Positions 24,853-36,690 of a stretch of DNA of 64,000 nt are shown piece after piece. Within the stretch, counting starts at the first letter, position 1; every line of letters begins with the position of its first letter. A program made the position numbers and the translations under genes. The stretch covers positions 60,512,001 through 60,576,000 of the forward strand of contig JAGIQG010000006.1 of NCBI GenBank assembly GCA_024679065.1, given 5' to 3'. This DNA comes from Sphyrna mokarran (taxonomy: Eukaryota). Below the pieces are notes generated by a model that was not told the origin of the DNA, made no database searches, and saw only the letters and a list, made by a program, of their open reading frames with translations.

Positions 24853-25685
24853 GGGCCGGGATTCTCCCAAAGACAAATAAGTGCCCAACAGGAGGATTAA
24901 CAAGAGACTTTCCTACCCATATTTTGCACTTTCTTACCTAAATGATTATTTGACAGTATTTCAGAGGGATTTGTGTCATTACGTGGGAGGTGGGGGAATG
25001 GGACTTCATCCCACGAGCCCATTCCCCCATCCTCATGGCCAGGCCTGACATTCCCCCTCCTTCCCCCCACATCCCCTCCAATCCCATCCCTGATGGGTAT
25101 CCCTGACACCCTCACATAATCAATCCTGATTGCCTCCTCACTCCCTTCCCCATCGATCCCATTGCAGAATGGAAGTAGGTCCCTCCCCCACATCCCCCCT
25201 CATTAGGCTGTGCCCCCCCCTTAGGTGCCGTCCCCTCTGTCACCACACCACTGATACTACCCAGTGCTCGGCGGACAGTGCCAGCGTGCCCATTTGGCAG
25301 TGCCAACCTGGCACTGCCCAAGGGGCATCTCCTTGCTCCCAGAATCCTGGGGGAGCCTCACTGGCCTCAGTCCCCTCCAGTGGGGTGAGTACGTCACTTT
25401 CCCATTGGTGGAGAACTGTTGCAAACCCCACTGGTGTAAACCTCTCCCAGCAGGAGATGAAACACTAGCAGGCCCACAGACTATTGTCCTGGGCCCACTG
25501 ATCATATAAAAATAGCTATTTCCATCCAGTAATTAGCCCTGCGCTGATTTTTAGTGTGGAGCTGATTTAGTGAAAAAAAAGGGCTTGGAAGACTTGTGAT
25601 CAGCCAGACGCTAGTCACAAATCTCACTAAAGGCCACCCGCTTATGTCTACTCGAGAAGTGCAGCACGCCAGGAGAATCCCAGCT
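24853..25685. mobile_element. Non-autonomous Harbinger-like DNA transposon
   Basis: TIRs GGGCCGGGATTCTCC / GGAGAATCCCAGCT; C-rich interior with repeated ggcagtgcc motifs. Confidence 0.7.
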
Positions 25686-26720
25686 ACGTTCTTTCTTGTT
25701 GCATTAGAGGTTTCTTGTTTTCCCAGTGAAAGTACAGAGAACATAGACTGAACTCTTGCTTTGACTACCATTCTCTTGTGTAGGCAGGGTTCTATAGCTT
25801 TCAGTCATCAGACATAGTGTGCTGCACAATATCCAAGAACCTTATTACAAGCAAGAAGACAAATTAGTAGAGCACAGTTCAGCCACAGAGGAACGCAATT
25901 CCCATCAATAATGCATGGTGTGGTATCATCAGTAGTCACTAAGCCTACATTCTGACCCACCTCATCTAAAAGACAGCGGCTTAAGTGGAAGTAACCTAAA
26001 AAAATTTTATGCATAATTTGAATTCACGTCGTCTCAATGATCTGTGATATGTCATTTCTTTACATGCTTGGTTTATTTTTATGCGGTATGGTGAAAAAAA
26101 TCTTTGTTGTGTATATGCAATAATATGTTTATCAGAAATAAATGAAAGAAGTGTTTTGTGCTGTGCAGTAATGCCCTCAAACCTAACTTTGAAAATCAAA
26201 TCAAGCTGGCCAATCTTTCATCAGTTAAACAGAATCACGACGGCAGTTCAGCTCTGCATTTAAACAAAGTCCACGAACGACAATAGAAGCAGATCATTTG
26301 TTTTCTGTGACTGGTGTAAGAATCTAAAAAGAGCCCAGGTAAAATTAACCAACTGCAAAGCTTGGTTCAGGTGACAAAACAGTGAACAAATCTGCAGCCC
26401 CATTCCTTAACTTTTGTTCAATATCTTTTGTGTGAGAAAATGTTGTCCTTTCAACTGTTGAAAGCTGAGGGTCACGTCATGTCCACTGCAAACATGTATT
26501 GGAATGGAGAGAAGTGTGATTAGTTGCTTACTGAATTATGGAAAAAATCTTGTATTCTTTCTTCAAACAAAATACTTGTATTCATTTCATCTACTCATTC
26601 TACTGGAAAATGAGAAAACCTTAGGGTCATTGACAAGAGGTTTTTATACGGTTTGAATATTTCCAGCTGCTTTTTAAAAAAAACTTCTTTTAAAATATTT
26701 CTTAAAGTCAGCCGGTGTAC

Positions 26721-26852
26721 CTTGGCTTAGGAACTCGGTCTTCAGGGACTGGTGTCCATGTGGAATCAGAGGATTTCTGCTCTTTAAATCGACCAGTAAA
26801 AACTGTGGCAATGTCCTCCATATCATAAGCACAAACTGCCGAGCCAGGGATA
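26721..26852 (-). CDS. SEMA6A: SEMA6A exon 11, [45 protein letters not shown]
   Basis: 132 nt; CAG acceptor, GTACAC donor; GSAVC motif. Confidence 0.96.
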
Positions 26853-27745
26853 CTGCAATGAGACATTTACCAGAAAAACACTGTTCGTTCAATAGCCACA
26901 TAGTAAATCAATCCTTAAACACATTCTCTAAAGTTAGCTTCTTGTTCTGCTACTAAATAATTACTCCGTAATGACCCCTCATGCAGCTTGAGTATTCTCT
27001 CCCCTTCGCTTCCCTTACTCCTGTTAACACAGCCCCATGCAGAGGACCTTAGAGTACTGCAATGGTTCATATGTTGTGGCAGGCTCTGCTTGTCCTGCAA
27101 ACTTTCCCAGTCTTTTAGGCTTTTACTTTATCTGTCCCTCCGTCAGAAAATGATGGCCAATTAAGCAATGGAAAAAAAATTAACAAGATAAACTACTGCT
27201 AGTTCTATAAACAAAACATAACAAAGCAGCAATAAAAAGTCTAAACATTTTAGATTCTAGTCACGCTTGGAAACAGATGCATTGCTTTTGTTCATTGTAG
27301 CAGTTAATGTAGCCTAAGAAAAATCCTCAGAGATAGAACACTACTGACACAACGCAACAAGTTATATTTCTGAAGCACCTTTAATGTCAGAAAATGTCTC
27401 ATGGTACTTCACAGAGTCATTATAAAATTATGAGAATTATAAAACAGGTATGAGGCTTAACAATGTGAATTCAGAAATTCATTTTTCTGAAAATGCAAGT
27501 GCATACAATTTTTTTAAAATTTGAAGTAACAAGTACCGGAAGGAGAAAAAGAAGAAAGAAATGGTACATGCTTATCATGTGGTCTAGAAAATGTATTATG
27601 GGACCCCAGTAATATTACATTCGATCTGCACTGAAACAGCAGCCTTCAATTCATTGTAGTAATTTAAACAAGCAATGTAATTCCAAGATATTCATTCCAA
27701 TGAACCTTAATCTGACATCTCAAAGTCTCTCTAGAAAACACTTAC

Positions 27746-27963
27746 CTATTATAAGGGGTAGAAAATGTTGCTAGAATAACATCACGGCCTTTAATACGGA
27801 CAACGTTTGTCACTGACTGCAAGATGTTGAAGTAAAAGTGAGAGTCCCCAGGTACAGAACAGTTGAGACGGGCCTTCACGAAGGATGTCCACTGCTTCTC
27901 CAATACTCTTTGAGAACCTCCCATGTCATTTTTACAGACCCGGGCAACTCTTGGGAAAAGCAC
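27746..27963 (-). CDS. SEMA6A: SEMA6A exon 10, [16 protein letters not shown]...[15 protein letters not shown]...ATFSTPYN
   Basis: 218 nt; CAG acceptor, GTAAGT donor; KARLNCS motif. Confidence 0.98.
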
Positions 27964-29042
27964 CTGAAACAAAACGAAGGCAAGAGTTTTAAAATTCCTT
28001 TCAGCTCTGAAACAGTCAATTTCTGACCTTCAATACATCAGCTCACAATTAAAAATATTACATAAATTGAATCAAGTCTCCAGTGGGACAGCATAAGAGT
28101 TCACAGCTATGCTTAATCAAAGAGCGTTTTATGAATTATGCTTCTGAGGATTGCTGCAAATTATATTAACAATTTCTATTAATATTATCTGAAAAGATGT
28201 GACTAAAAGTTAGGTATTTCTCCTGAGATTTTTATTTCAGTGATCATGCACTGCAGGCTCAATATAGTGGATCAATTACTTTAAAAAAATACTGATCTTA
28301 AAATACCATTGTTAGAAATAATACTCTGCCTTTAAGAAATATATTTATATCATGTTTCTTAGAAGGGGTATGTTTAGAATTCAACTCTATTTACATTGTA
28401 CTGATCTGTCTGCAACAGGCAGCCCCATGCTAAGAATGCAGGCTAATAATTGATCTTACCTAATGGGGTAGCTGTTTTAATCTGAATTAATACATTTTTG
28501 ATTATGTCTGGTTTTTCCCCTGGGGTTTCAGATTACAGTATGATTAGATTGATTAACGGAGGTAGAGTCATGCGAACAGAAGGAATTGAGAATACAGGGA
28601 AAAGCAGATAGCTTTCTGCTTAGTCCTGAAAGAAATAAGAGGTATCTCTCCCTCTTTCTCTCTCTGCATCAGATTCTGTCAACACTCAGTCACTTTTTTG
28701 GAGAGTGGTGAGTTGCATACCAGTTCTGAGGGGAGCGGGGATAGTCAGCCGGCTGCAGAGAGCTTGGCTGCCGTTTTGCAAGGATGCACCGATCTCTCAG
28801 TGGACTAGGAAACCCCCCTCCCACCCTGACACAGACATTGTGCCCCCACACTCAACCCCCCCCAACCCTGATACAAGTCACCTGCATTAGGCCCTTCTGA
28901 TGGGTGCCCCTGCTGGATGATCAAAATGCCCCCATCATGGTTTCCTCCAAGATTCACATCTGCATAATCCCCCTTCGCATACTCACTCTCCCGCAACCCC
29001 CCCCCCCCCCCCCCCCTCCCCCCCCACCCCCGTCATAGCTCA

Positions 29043-29089
29043 CAGTGGACATCCTTTGTGAAGGCCCTTCTCAACTGTTCTGTACCTGG
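29043..29089 (+). repeat. Inverted duplicate of part of SEMA6A exon 10 (27848-27894)
   Basis: 45/47 identity to the reverse complement of 27848-27894, aligned by hand. Confidence 0.95.
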
Positions 29090-29200
29090 CAGCACTCCTG
29101 GCATATTGCCTGAGTGCCTGGTGGTCACTGTCAGGGTGCCTATTCGGCACCGCCCAGCCTTGCCCTTGACCCTCTAGGAGGCATCACTGGCCCTCCAAGG

Positions 29201-29268
29201 GCTTGTATAAATTATTACACACAAACTGAAGGCTGCTGTTAAGTGTAGGTTAAATATAATTTTACCGG
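29201..29268 (+). repeat. Inverted duplicate of part of intron 10 (27606-27673)
   Basis: About 54/69 aligned columns identical to the reverse complement, including the exact block tgaaggctgctgtt. Confidence 0.85.
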
Positions 29269-30164
29269 AGAACGTCTGAGAGACCCCATTTCTCTTGCCA
29301 TTAAAATTTTGGAGAAAATTTCTTCCTTTGTCATGCTATGCAGAGCTCATGGTTAATAGACAACAAAATATACAGATGTTGATATAACCATCAGACAGAA
29401 GCATGCTGTAAGGATGGCATTATTTTAAGGCATCTCTAATGAATTAGAAATTCTTATTACCAATTCTCAGGGCAAAAACAAATTAGGTATGAATGCTTTG
29501 TAATGTCATCCATTGCGTTAATGAGCACAGAAGTACTTCATCTTCCTTTCATTTACCCGTTAATGATATTACAAATCTGTTCCTTCTGATTCATATTTAC
29601 ATACCAGGGAAACAAGTTAATTCAATTCACTGTTGTTTTTTGAACACTGACAAAAATGAGCTATTTCAATTGTGGTCAGAGCCTTCTTCCTCTTCATTAC
29701 AGAAGTCCATGAGGATGCTGCAGCTCCTCAAGGTTGATATTTTAGTACAAACAGTAGTCAGCTAGTTTCAAATGTTGGAATTATTTTCATGTGGATTGCT
29801 TCATTTTCAGTATGCATCCAGTCCCAACTCAATCCCAGCCATCGCATAAGATTAACATTGACAACTAAACACACCAAACAGCCAAAGCAATATTACATCT
29901 GCAATCTTAGTGACTCTACTTGTGACTAATAAATAAACTTTAATTTTATTACAAAGTAATTGATTTTGGAGCATTATGGGATGCCCAAACAGCATGAAAG
30001 GTAATATATAAATGTAAGTTTTTTTCTGTAATATTATTTAAATGTAAGCAATATAGTTCTATGCAGTGAGAGGAATGTGTACATTTTCTGTAAGAAGCAT
30101 ACAAAGTATCTCAACAAAGGTAAATAAAATGATAGCAGGATACTAAAATTGTGATGTCAGAGTT

Positions 30165-30930
30165 TTTTAGTCACTTATGGGATGTGGGTGTTGCTGGTTG
30201 AGTCATCATCAGAACATTGAAGAGTTAACCAGATTACTGTGGATCTGGAGTCACACGGAGCCACTTGAGATGGTGGATCTTTCATATGCGGAGAGAGTAA
30301 GTTGGTTAAGATTATATTCACTGGAATTTAGAAGAATGAAAGGGGATCTCATAGAAACTTACAAAATTTTAACAGGGTTAGACAGGGTAGATTCAGAAAG
30401 AATGTTCACAATGGCTGGGGTGTCCGGAACTAAGAGTCATAGTTTGAGGATAAGAAGTAAACCTTTTAGAACTGAGGTGAGGAGAAATTTCTTCACCCAG
30501 TGGGTGGTGAATGTGTGAATTCACTGCCACACAATGTAGTTGAGGCCAAAATGTTGGCTGATTTCAAGAAGAAATTAGATATAGCTCTAGGGGCTAATGG
30601 GATCAAAGGATTTGGAGGAAACAGAGAATCAGGATATTGAATTTGATGATTAGCATGAATGGCAGAACAAGCATAAGGGCCAAATGGCCACTTGTATTTC
30701 TAGTTTCTATGTTGGCCAGGCTGGTAAAAACAGCAGATTTCCTTCCAAAAAGGACATTAATGAACCAGCTGGGTTTTTACAACAATGGTTTTATTATCAT
30801 TATTAAGACAGCTAATTCTAGATTTAAATTTCATCATCTGCTGTGGTGGGATTAGAACCTGGGTCCCCAGAGCATTACCTCGGGTCTCTGGATTACTAAT
30901 CCAACGACAATATTGCAACACCACTGTCTC
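30165..30930 (-). mobile_element. tRNA-derived SINE (8745 family), split by a CR1 insertion
   Basis: Tail at ~30165-30262; body and head at ~30711-30930. Confidence 0.7.
30262..30710 (+). mobile_element. CR1 LINE 3' fragment
   Basis: LSYAERVSWLRLYSLEFRRMKGDLIETYKILTGLDRV...RRNFFTQWVVNV; tail tttctagtttctatg. Confidence 0.9.
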
Positions 30931-31139
30931 TCCCAGTAATTGAAAAGCTCTAAAATTAGTAAATTTACGGAATTAATCCCCAGTGTGCTGAGTAAAACAG
31001 GAATCAGGGTGCTATAGCAAATTTGGATTGAGTAAAAGGTAAAGATCAAAAATCGTCATGGTTTCTGCTCCTGATCTTATTGGGCATAGGGAGTGATCAG
31101 GTTGGGTTCAGCTGTGATACCTGCCATGGCTGCATCATT

Positions 31140-31430
31140 AGAATCCATCAATCATTGGTCAATTACAGCAGAGAAAGAAGCTATTCAATCCACCTTGCCC
31201 ACGGGCAACATGACTAGTCCCACTTTGCTGACCCTTCCCTGGGACCCTGAATTTGTTTACTCTTTGGGTTCTTATCCAATTCCCTTTTAAAAGCTACAGC
31301 TGAAGCTGTCTCCATCACACTCTTAAAAGTACCATGTTCCAGATCCAAACCACTCCCTCCATAAAAATGCTTTTCTTCATTGATTCTTTTGACATTCACC
31401 TTCAACCTCTGCTCTCTGGTTCCTGCTGAT
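31140..31430 (-). mobile_element. Old CR1 3' fragment
   Basis: Reverse-strand remnant ...VMETASAVAFKRELDK and CR1-type tail. Confidence 0.6.
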
Positions 31431-31777
31431 ACTATTCAAGTACACAGACCATGAGAGTCAGTTAGTTCACGGAACTATATCTAACAAGAGTCAAAATATT
31501 CCGGAGAGATGGGGAAATGGGATGGAGGGCCAGACCGTCAGATTAATACACATGAAGTAATATTCTCTTCATGGATGAGTCATTGTGATCTGTCCAGCTA
31601 CCATGCCAGGGAGCCAGGTGGTTGATAAAAAAACAATTTTGAATATTTCTCTGCTATTTAAAAAATCCACAAATAAACATGATACATCAAGGCAGCCTTC
31701 CAATGGATGAGATTACTAATGTCTACATCTTTTCTAGATTATGATCTCATGATATTCAAAAAAGCCTTGATCTCTAC

Positions 31778-31866
31778 CTTTCCCATGGTGTTGTATTCTA
31801 CAGCTATTTCCCGAAAGAAGAAGTAGATATAATCATCATAATCCACAGCCTTGACAAAATAAGGTT
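31778..31866 (-). CDS. SEMA6A: SEMA6A exon 9, EPYFVKAVDYDDYIYFFFREIAVEYNTMGK
   Basis: 89 nt; CAG acceptor, GTAGAG donor; YFFFRE motif. Confidence 0.97.
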
Positions 31867-32765
31867 CTGTAATAGAATAAAGAAGCATATATTAAATACT
31901 TCATCTGTAAATATAGTTTAAGCACCAAAACCTTTTGATGTTTTAAATTAATTTAACCAGTAAATACAGTGCTCTTCTATATTAAGGTTCAGATTTTGTT
32001 CTTGTCAGTTGCACCTTGTACTTTGAACTTTCATTGACTGATAGGTCATTTGTTTGTTCAGTCTTTGAAGTAATGTGACCTCTATTATACCACGTCAAAC
32101 ACTTTAATATAACCAGCAATAGAGGTTTTGTGTCAACTGACACAAATAAGAAATAAAAGTTTATCATGAATGCTTGGCTGAATCCAAATTCCACTAATGG
32201 TTATAACACAGCAGGGATTAACGATATAACTATGAAGAAAGTTATGAGCTGTGTTTAGATTGACAATTCTATTTGCTCCTAATAGGTAATAATTCTAGTG
32301 GATTTTGAATACCAGTTTATTTTAGCTTGCCCAATCTGCCTTTTAAAAATGAACCAAAGCTTGGAAGATATTGGCAAATCATCATACCAACTGGATCTGA
32401 GAAATTCCAGGCACACCCGCCTTTGGTAGGCTTCTAAAATTTATCCCAATGTGCGCAATATCATCCCTAACTCCTCCAAGAACTTCTGAGCTAAAGAATG
32501 GATTTGTTAAAACCAAAGATGTAAAATGAGAATATGAAAACATTCACAAGGAGCATGCGGAGTGTTTCTACATCTTATGATGACCCAAGGTGTGCATTAC
32601 AGATATTCAATGACTTCACTTGGAGTTCACTCAAATTAAACCACAAAAGATAAAACCTGTTTCATTCGAGGAAAATGTAAACCACAAGATCTTTAGAAGT
32701 TGAAAATAATGATATTTTGGAATCTTGACAACATAGTCATCAAAACAACATCTTTGTTTCCTTAC

Positions 32766-32885
32766 CTTTCAACCATTTTGAGTCATGTTTTACTGTCCGT
32801 AGTGTTGGACTTTCTCCAAGACTCCGATAAATAACAGCATCAATTGCAAGGAAGTCTGTTACAGTTGCTGAATAAAGCTTGCCTT
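32766..32885 (-). CDS. SEMA6A: SEMA6A exon 8, [40 protein letters not shown]
   Basis: 120 nt; CAG acceptor, GTAAGG donor. Confidence 0.97.
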
Positions 32886-33642
32886 CTGAAAAAGGTACAA
32901 TAAAAAAGATGCTCAGTATTAAGCAGTTTAATTTTTATGAGAAATATATTGTAAAAACATTAGATTTCACACATATCAAACAATGAAAGATAAAAATCAG
33001 AAAATTGCATCAGTTACTATTTGATTCAGTTTCATATTCATCTCAAGTATGTCAGACAAGAATTAACTTTGGTCAACAAGTGTGAGATAAACTCTAAATT
33101 ATTCATATAAGTTGGCAGTCAGACTACTAACCAATAATTACAAATTGATAGTGGCTACTAACATATTCATCTCACAACAATCAACAATACTATTAGTGTA
33201 GAGGTTTCCTACGAATCCCAAGATATGTATATCTATCATAACCTTGAAGTCTGATTGAAATATTTTCTCCAATATAGCTCCAATATGTCTCCAATGTGTA
33301 CACCAGCAGAATCAAGGAGTTTGATGACTGGATCTCCTTGTGCTCTGAACTGGGTATTTTAAGAATAGCAATTCTAAACAAATCTAAAAATATTTAAAAA
33401 ACTACACATTATCACCATCAGCAAAACTGCCGAACATTGTGTGGTCAGTTTTCTGATTTTAACTAACTCAGAACTCAATTAACAAGTTTCCTCTCATTGG
33501 GGTTGACTTCTTCCTGAGAACCTAGCTAGCTGGCCATATACCTTTTTTTCTGCACCCTTCAGTATGTACACAAAATGGAAGGTTAACACATCAGATTCCA
33601 CCTGCATGGGCCTGTCAACTCTTTTCCCAACAGTGAAACTGT

Positions 33643-33780
33643 AGACTGGAATTCTCTGGCTATTCACTCCAGTAGGATTCTCTGGTCTCACTGCAGGAAA
33701 AGGAGATTTGGCTCAGCACCAAATTCTTTGTTCTCGCTTACAGTGGTGGTGGGACATGAATGACCAGAGAATTCCGACCC
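33643..33780. mobile_element. Harbinger-like MITE
   Basis: Ends GACTGGAATTCTCTGG ... CCAGAGAATTCCGACCC. Confidence 0.65.
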
Positions 33781-34746
33781 TATAAATGAGAAGCATCTCT
33801 ATCCCATGCCTGACCTCTGGCCAATAAATATAGATATTCACTAATATTTTAAATTATCAATATCTGGTTCAAAAAGTATGTCTGAATCTAAATCTATAAT
33901 TTTCCAGCTCTGTTGTATGTAACTGCAACCCCTTTTGAGCTATATTTAGTGCAATAGCAGTATTTTTAACCTAAGTTACATTAATTGGTAGTAAACTCAT
34001 AAATCCCAAATAGTTGACAGACATAAAAGGTCACAATAAAATAATGTTAATCAGGAAATATAGTGTGTTTAATCAAACAGGGATTTGTCTGCAAGTTCCT
34101 TTCAACCACAGAGGTAAACAACTTGCTTTAATAGTGCACTCTGAATATAAATAATTTCTAAAGGCATTTCACAGATGGGTATATGGAAAATGGGCACTGG
34201 GCCAGAAAAAGACTCATTAGGAGAGATGACCAAATACTTGGCTGAAGAAATGGGATTTGAGAAGGTTTCAAAGAATAGACAGGTGGAGAGTTGGTAGGAT
34301 TTAGGAAGGAATTTTGGCAAACAGAACTCATGAAATTTTTAGCTCGGCTGTTAAGCATAAAAGGCAGAGGGATACACAAGGGGCTAGAGTCAGAGAAACA
34401 GAATCTTGAGATGAGGTGAAAGAGAAAACAGGGTTTGAAATAATTGCTGAAACAGAGCGAAGTGCGGCATCTGATATTTGAAGTTGAAGATGAAGTCTTG
34501 GGACAGATAATCAATAATTGATCAGAAGAACAATATTTAGTAGCCCCCATTGTCAATTTTCCAAACTATACACTGCTGTTGTGGTGACAAGGCTTTAGTG
34601 CACTTCTTCACATTCAGAAAATATGTTACTCTTTTGTGAGATGGTAGAGATAGGGAAATCAGAGCAATCAATTCTTCCTGACTGAATATTTAATGAAATC
34701 ACACTGTGCCTACTGAATGTAACACAAAGTTTAGACAAATGCTTAC

Positions 34747-34840
34747 CAGCAAACAGTGCAACATTTGCATGTTTTGGATCATAAGGACATCTTGCCATTC
34801 CACTTATGTTGTCATCTCCAAGCACATCCAGTGTGTCCAA
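34747..34840 (-). CDS. SEMA6A: SEMA6A exon 7, [31 protein letters not shown]
   Basis: 94 nt; CAG acceptor, GTAAGC donor; RCPYD motif. Confidence 0.96.
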
Positions 34841-35779
34841 CTGAAACCGATCAGAAGAATTAATGTTCAAATTCTTGGATATTAGTTAAGAACAATATTA
34901 TTAACTTACACAATAATATACATTGTACTCAGTAAGGCCACTGCAATGGTCTTATCACAGTTTAAAGGAATGGTTCCACAATCCAGTTATCTCAGTGGGG
35001 TACAGATACTATGAGGGAGGACACAACCTATGATCTTCCCTTCATTAAAGTTAACAGAAAAGACTGGAAAATGCCTCCAAGATCCATTCCTGACGAGCAC
35101 TGTTCTCCCAATAGAAACATTGTGAACCTTTAAATTATCCTATAGATTTCTCATATCACTACCTTTGCACATTTGAAGGAAGGATTAATTGAACAAAGCA
35201 GCACTATAGAGGAAAGACAATAGAATAGAGGCAATAGAATAAAAGATGAAATTAAGATTCATAGCACGCATGAATGAACATATCAAAACAGTAGAATGTT
35301 GAAATAGCATAACAGTAATATGTGAACATTTAAGGAATTGCAGTTTCCCAAATAATTCCACAAAGAAGACCGTACTTCAGAGCATGATCCAACTACAAAC
35401 ACATAATAAAAGACTTGAGAAGAAGCTTGTCCGCTGTTGTTTCTTGAAAGAAATTTGAAAACTGTAGGCAAAGCCAAAATTAATAATTTGTCCTGATATG
35501 CTGCACAGGTATCTCTTTAAAGCAGCTTGCAAGTTTCTGCTTTTATTGCTTTATTAACTGGGTAATGGTAGGTAAGAATGCTACCTGGAAATGTGGTCAA
35601 CATCCAACAATGCTTCTATTTCTACTGTCCTTCCCCCAGTAGCTGCAATATTCTAACTTGCTCTTCTTGGAGCTTTGAAACTTGCTTTCACTTCACTTGA
35701 ATGATGCTTGTAACTTCCTAAGTGGTATCAGAATAAATGTCCAGCTTATATTGCAATAAGCTACACAAACCAAGAAAAT

Positions 35780-36135
35780 TGCACATTTGCTTGCCTGCAT
35801 TGTGAGGTTGGTGACCTCAGCTGGTGCAAGAATACAACTCAATTGATCTCTGAACCTCTCTGCAGGCAGAGAAAACAACCCTAGTGTTAGCTTCTATTTA
35901 TATCCAGTGATCCCCTGTTGGACAGTGCATACATCTAAATATCAAAGTACATTGTGAGACTTTGTCTGTCATGTTCCCTCTTGTCAAAATAACCTGCTGC
36001 CACTCGTTGGCCAAGTCCAATTATAAAAATTGTCACCTGGAGCGAGGTACTACAGCGCAGTCAATATCTGTAGAACTTTGTCACTGCAATAAACAATTAA
36101 TGAGTCTTCAGAGAAGAAAAAAAGAAATTAAAATT
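35780..36135 (+). mobile_element. LF-SINE-like ancient SINE
   Basis: tatccagtgatcccctgttggacagtg...aataacctgctgccactc...gcgaggtac...gtagaact...cttcagagaag. Confidence 0.55.
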
Positions 36136-36184
36136 AAAAATAAAACTGTTGGTGCTGCATCAACTAAAAAAAAACTTTATTTGT

Positions 36185-36690
36185 GTTAGCTTTGGCTCAG
36201 ACTGGCCAGCCAGATGGTAACACTCACCTCTGCTTTAGGAGGCTGTGAGTTCAAGCCCATCTCCTGAGACTCAATCACCTAATAAAGACTAATGCTTCAG
36301 TTCAGTACTTAGCAAGTGCTAGTTGTCAGAGGAGCCATCTTTTGGATACAGCTTTGTATCCAAAAGTCCGATTTGCCGTCTCTGATGGTATTAAAAGATT
36401 ATTCACAGAAGAGCAGGATTTTTGATGCTAACCAATATTTTATCCTTCAAATATTGTCCACAAAAACAGATTATCTAGTCATTGCTGGGAGCTTGCTGTA
36501 GACAGGTTTTCCGGCCTCGCTCACCTCAAAACCAGAAAATTCCACACGAGATCAATAGATTTTCCATTGTCTGTCCCTTGCCCCCTCCAATTCCCATTGC
36601 GGGCAGGATGGTAAAATTTCTCCTGTTGTCTGCCACTTTTCATGAGATTGCAATGGTTATTATCCATGAAAAGTGAAATGCTTTGGATAT
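36185..36690 (+). mobile_element. SacSINE/DeuSINE-like element interrupted by a MITE (36499-36625)
   Basis: tRNA head tggctcag..gagttcaagccc; Deu-like core agaagagcagg..ccaatattttatccttcaa..aaacagattatctagtcatt. Confidence 0.7.

Larger units (their letters stand above)
28670..29327. mobile_element. Degenerate non-autonomous Harbinger-like element containing inverted copies of local SEMA6A sequence
   Basis: Interior 29090-29200 resembles 25270-25380; right end ggagaaaatttcttcc; C-rich tract. Confidence 0.55.
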
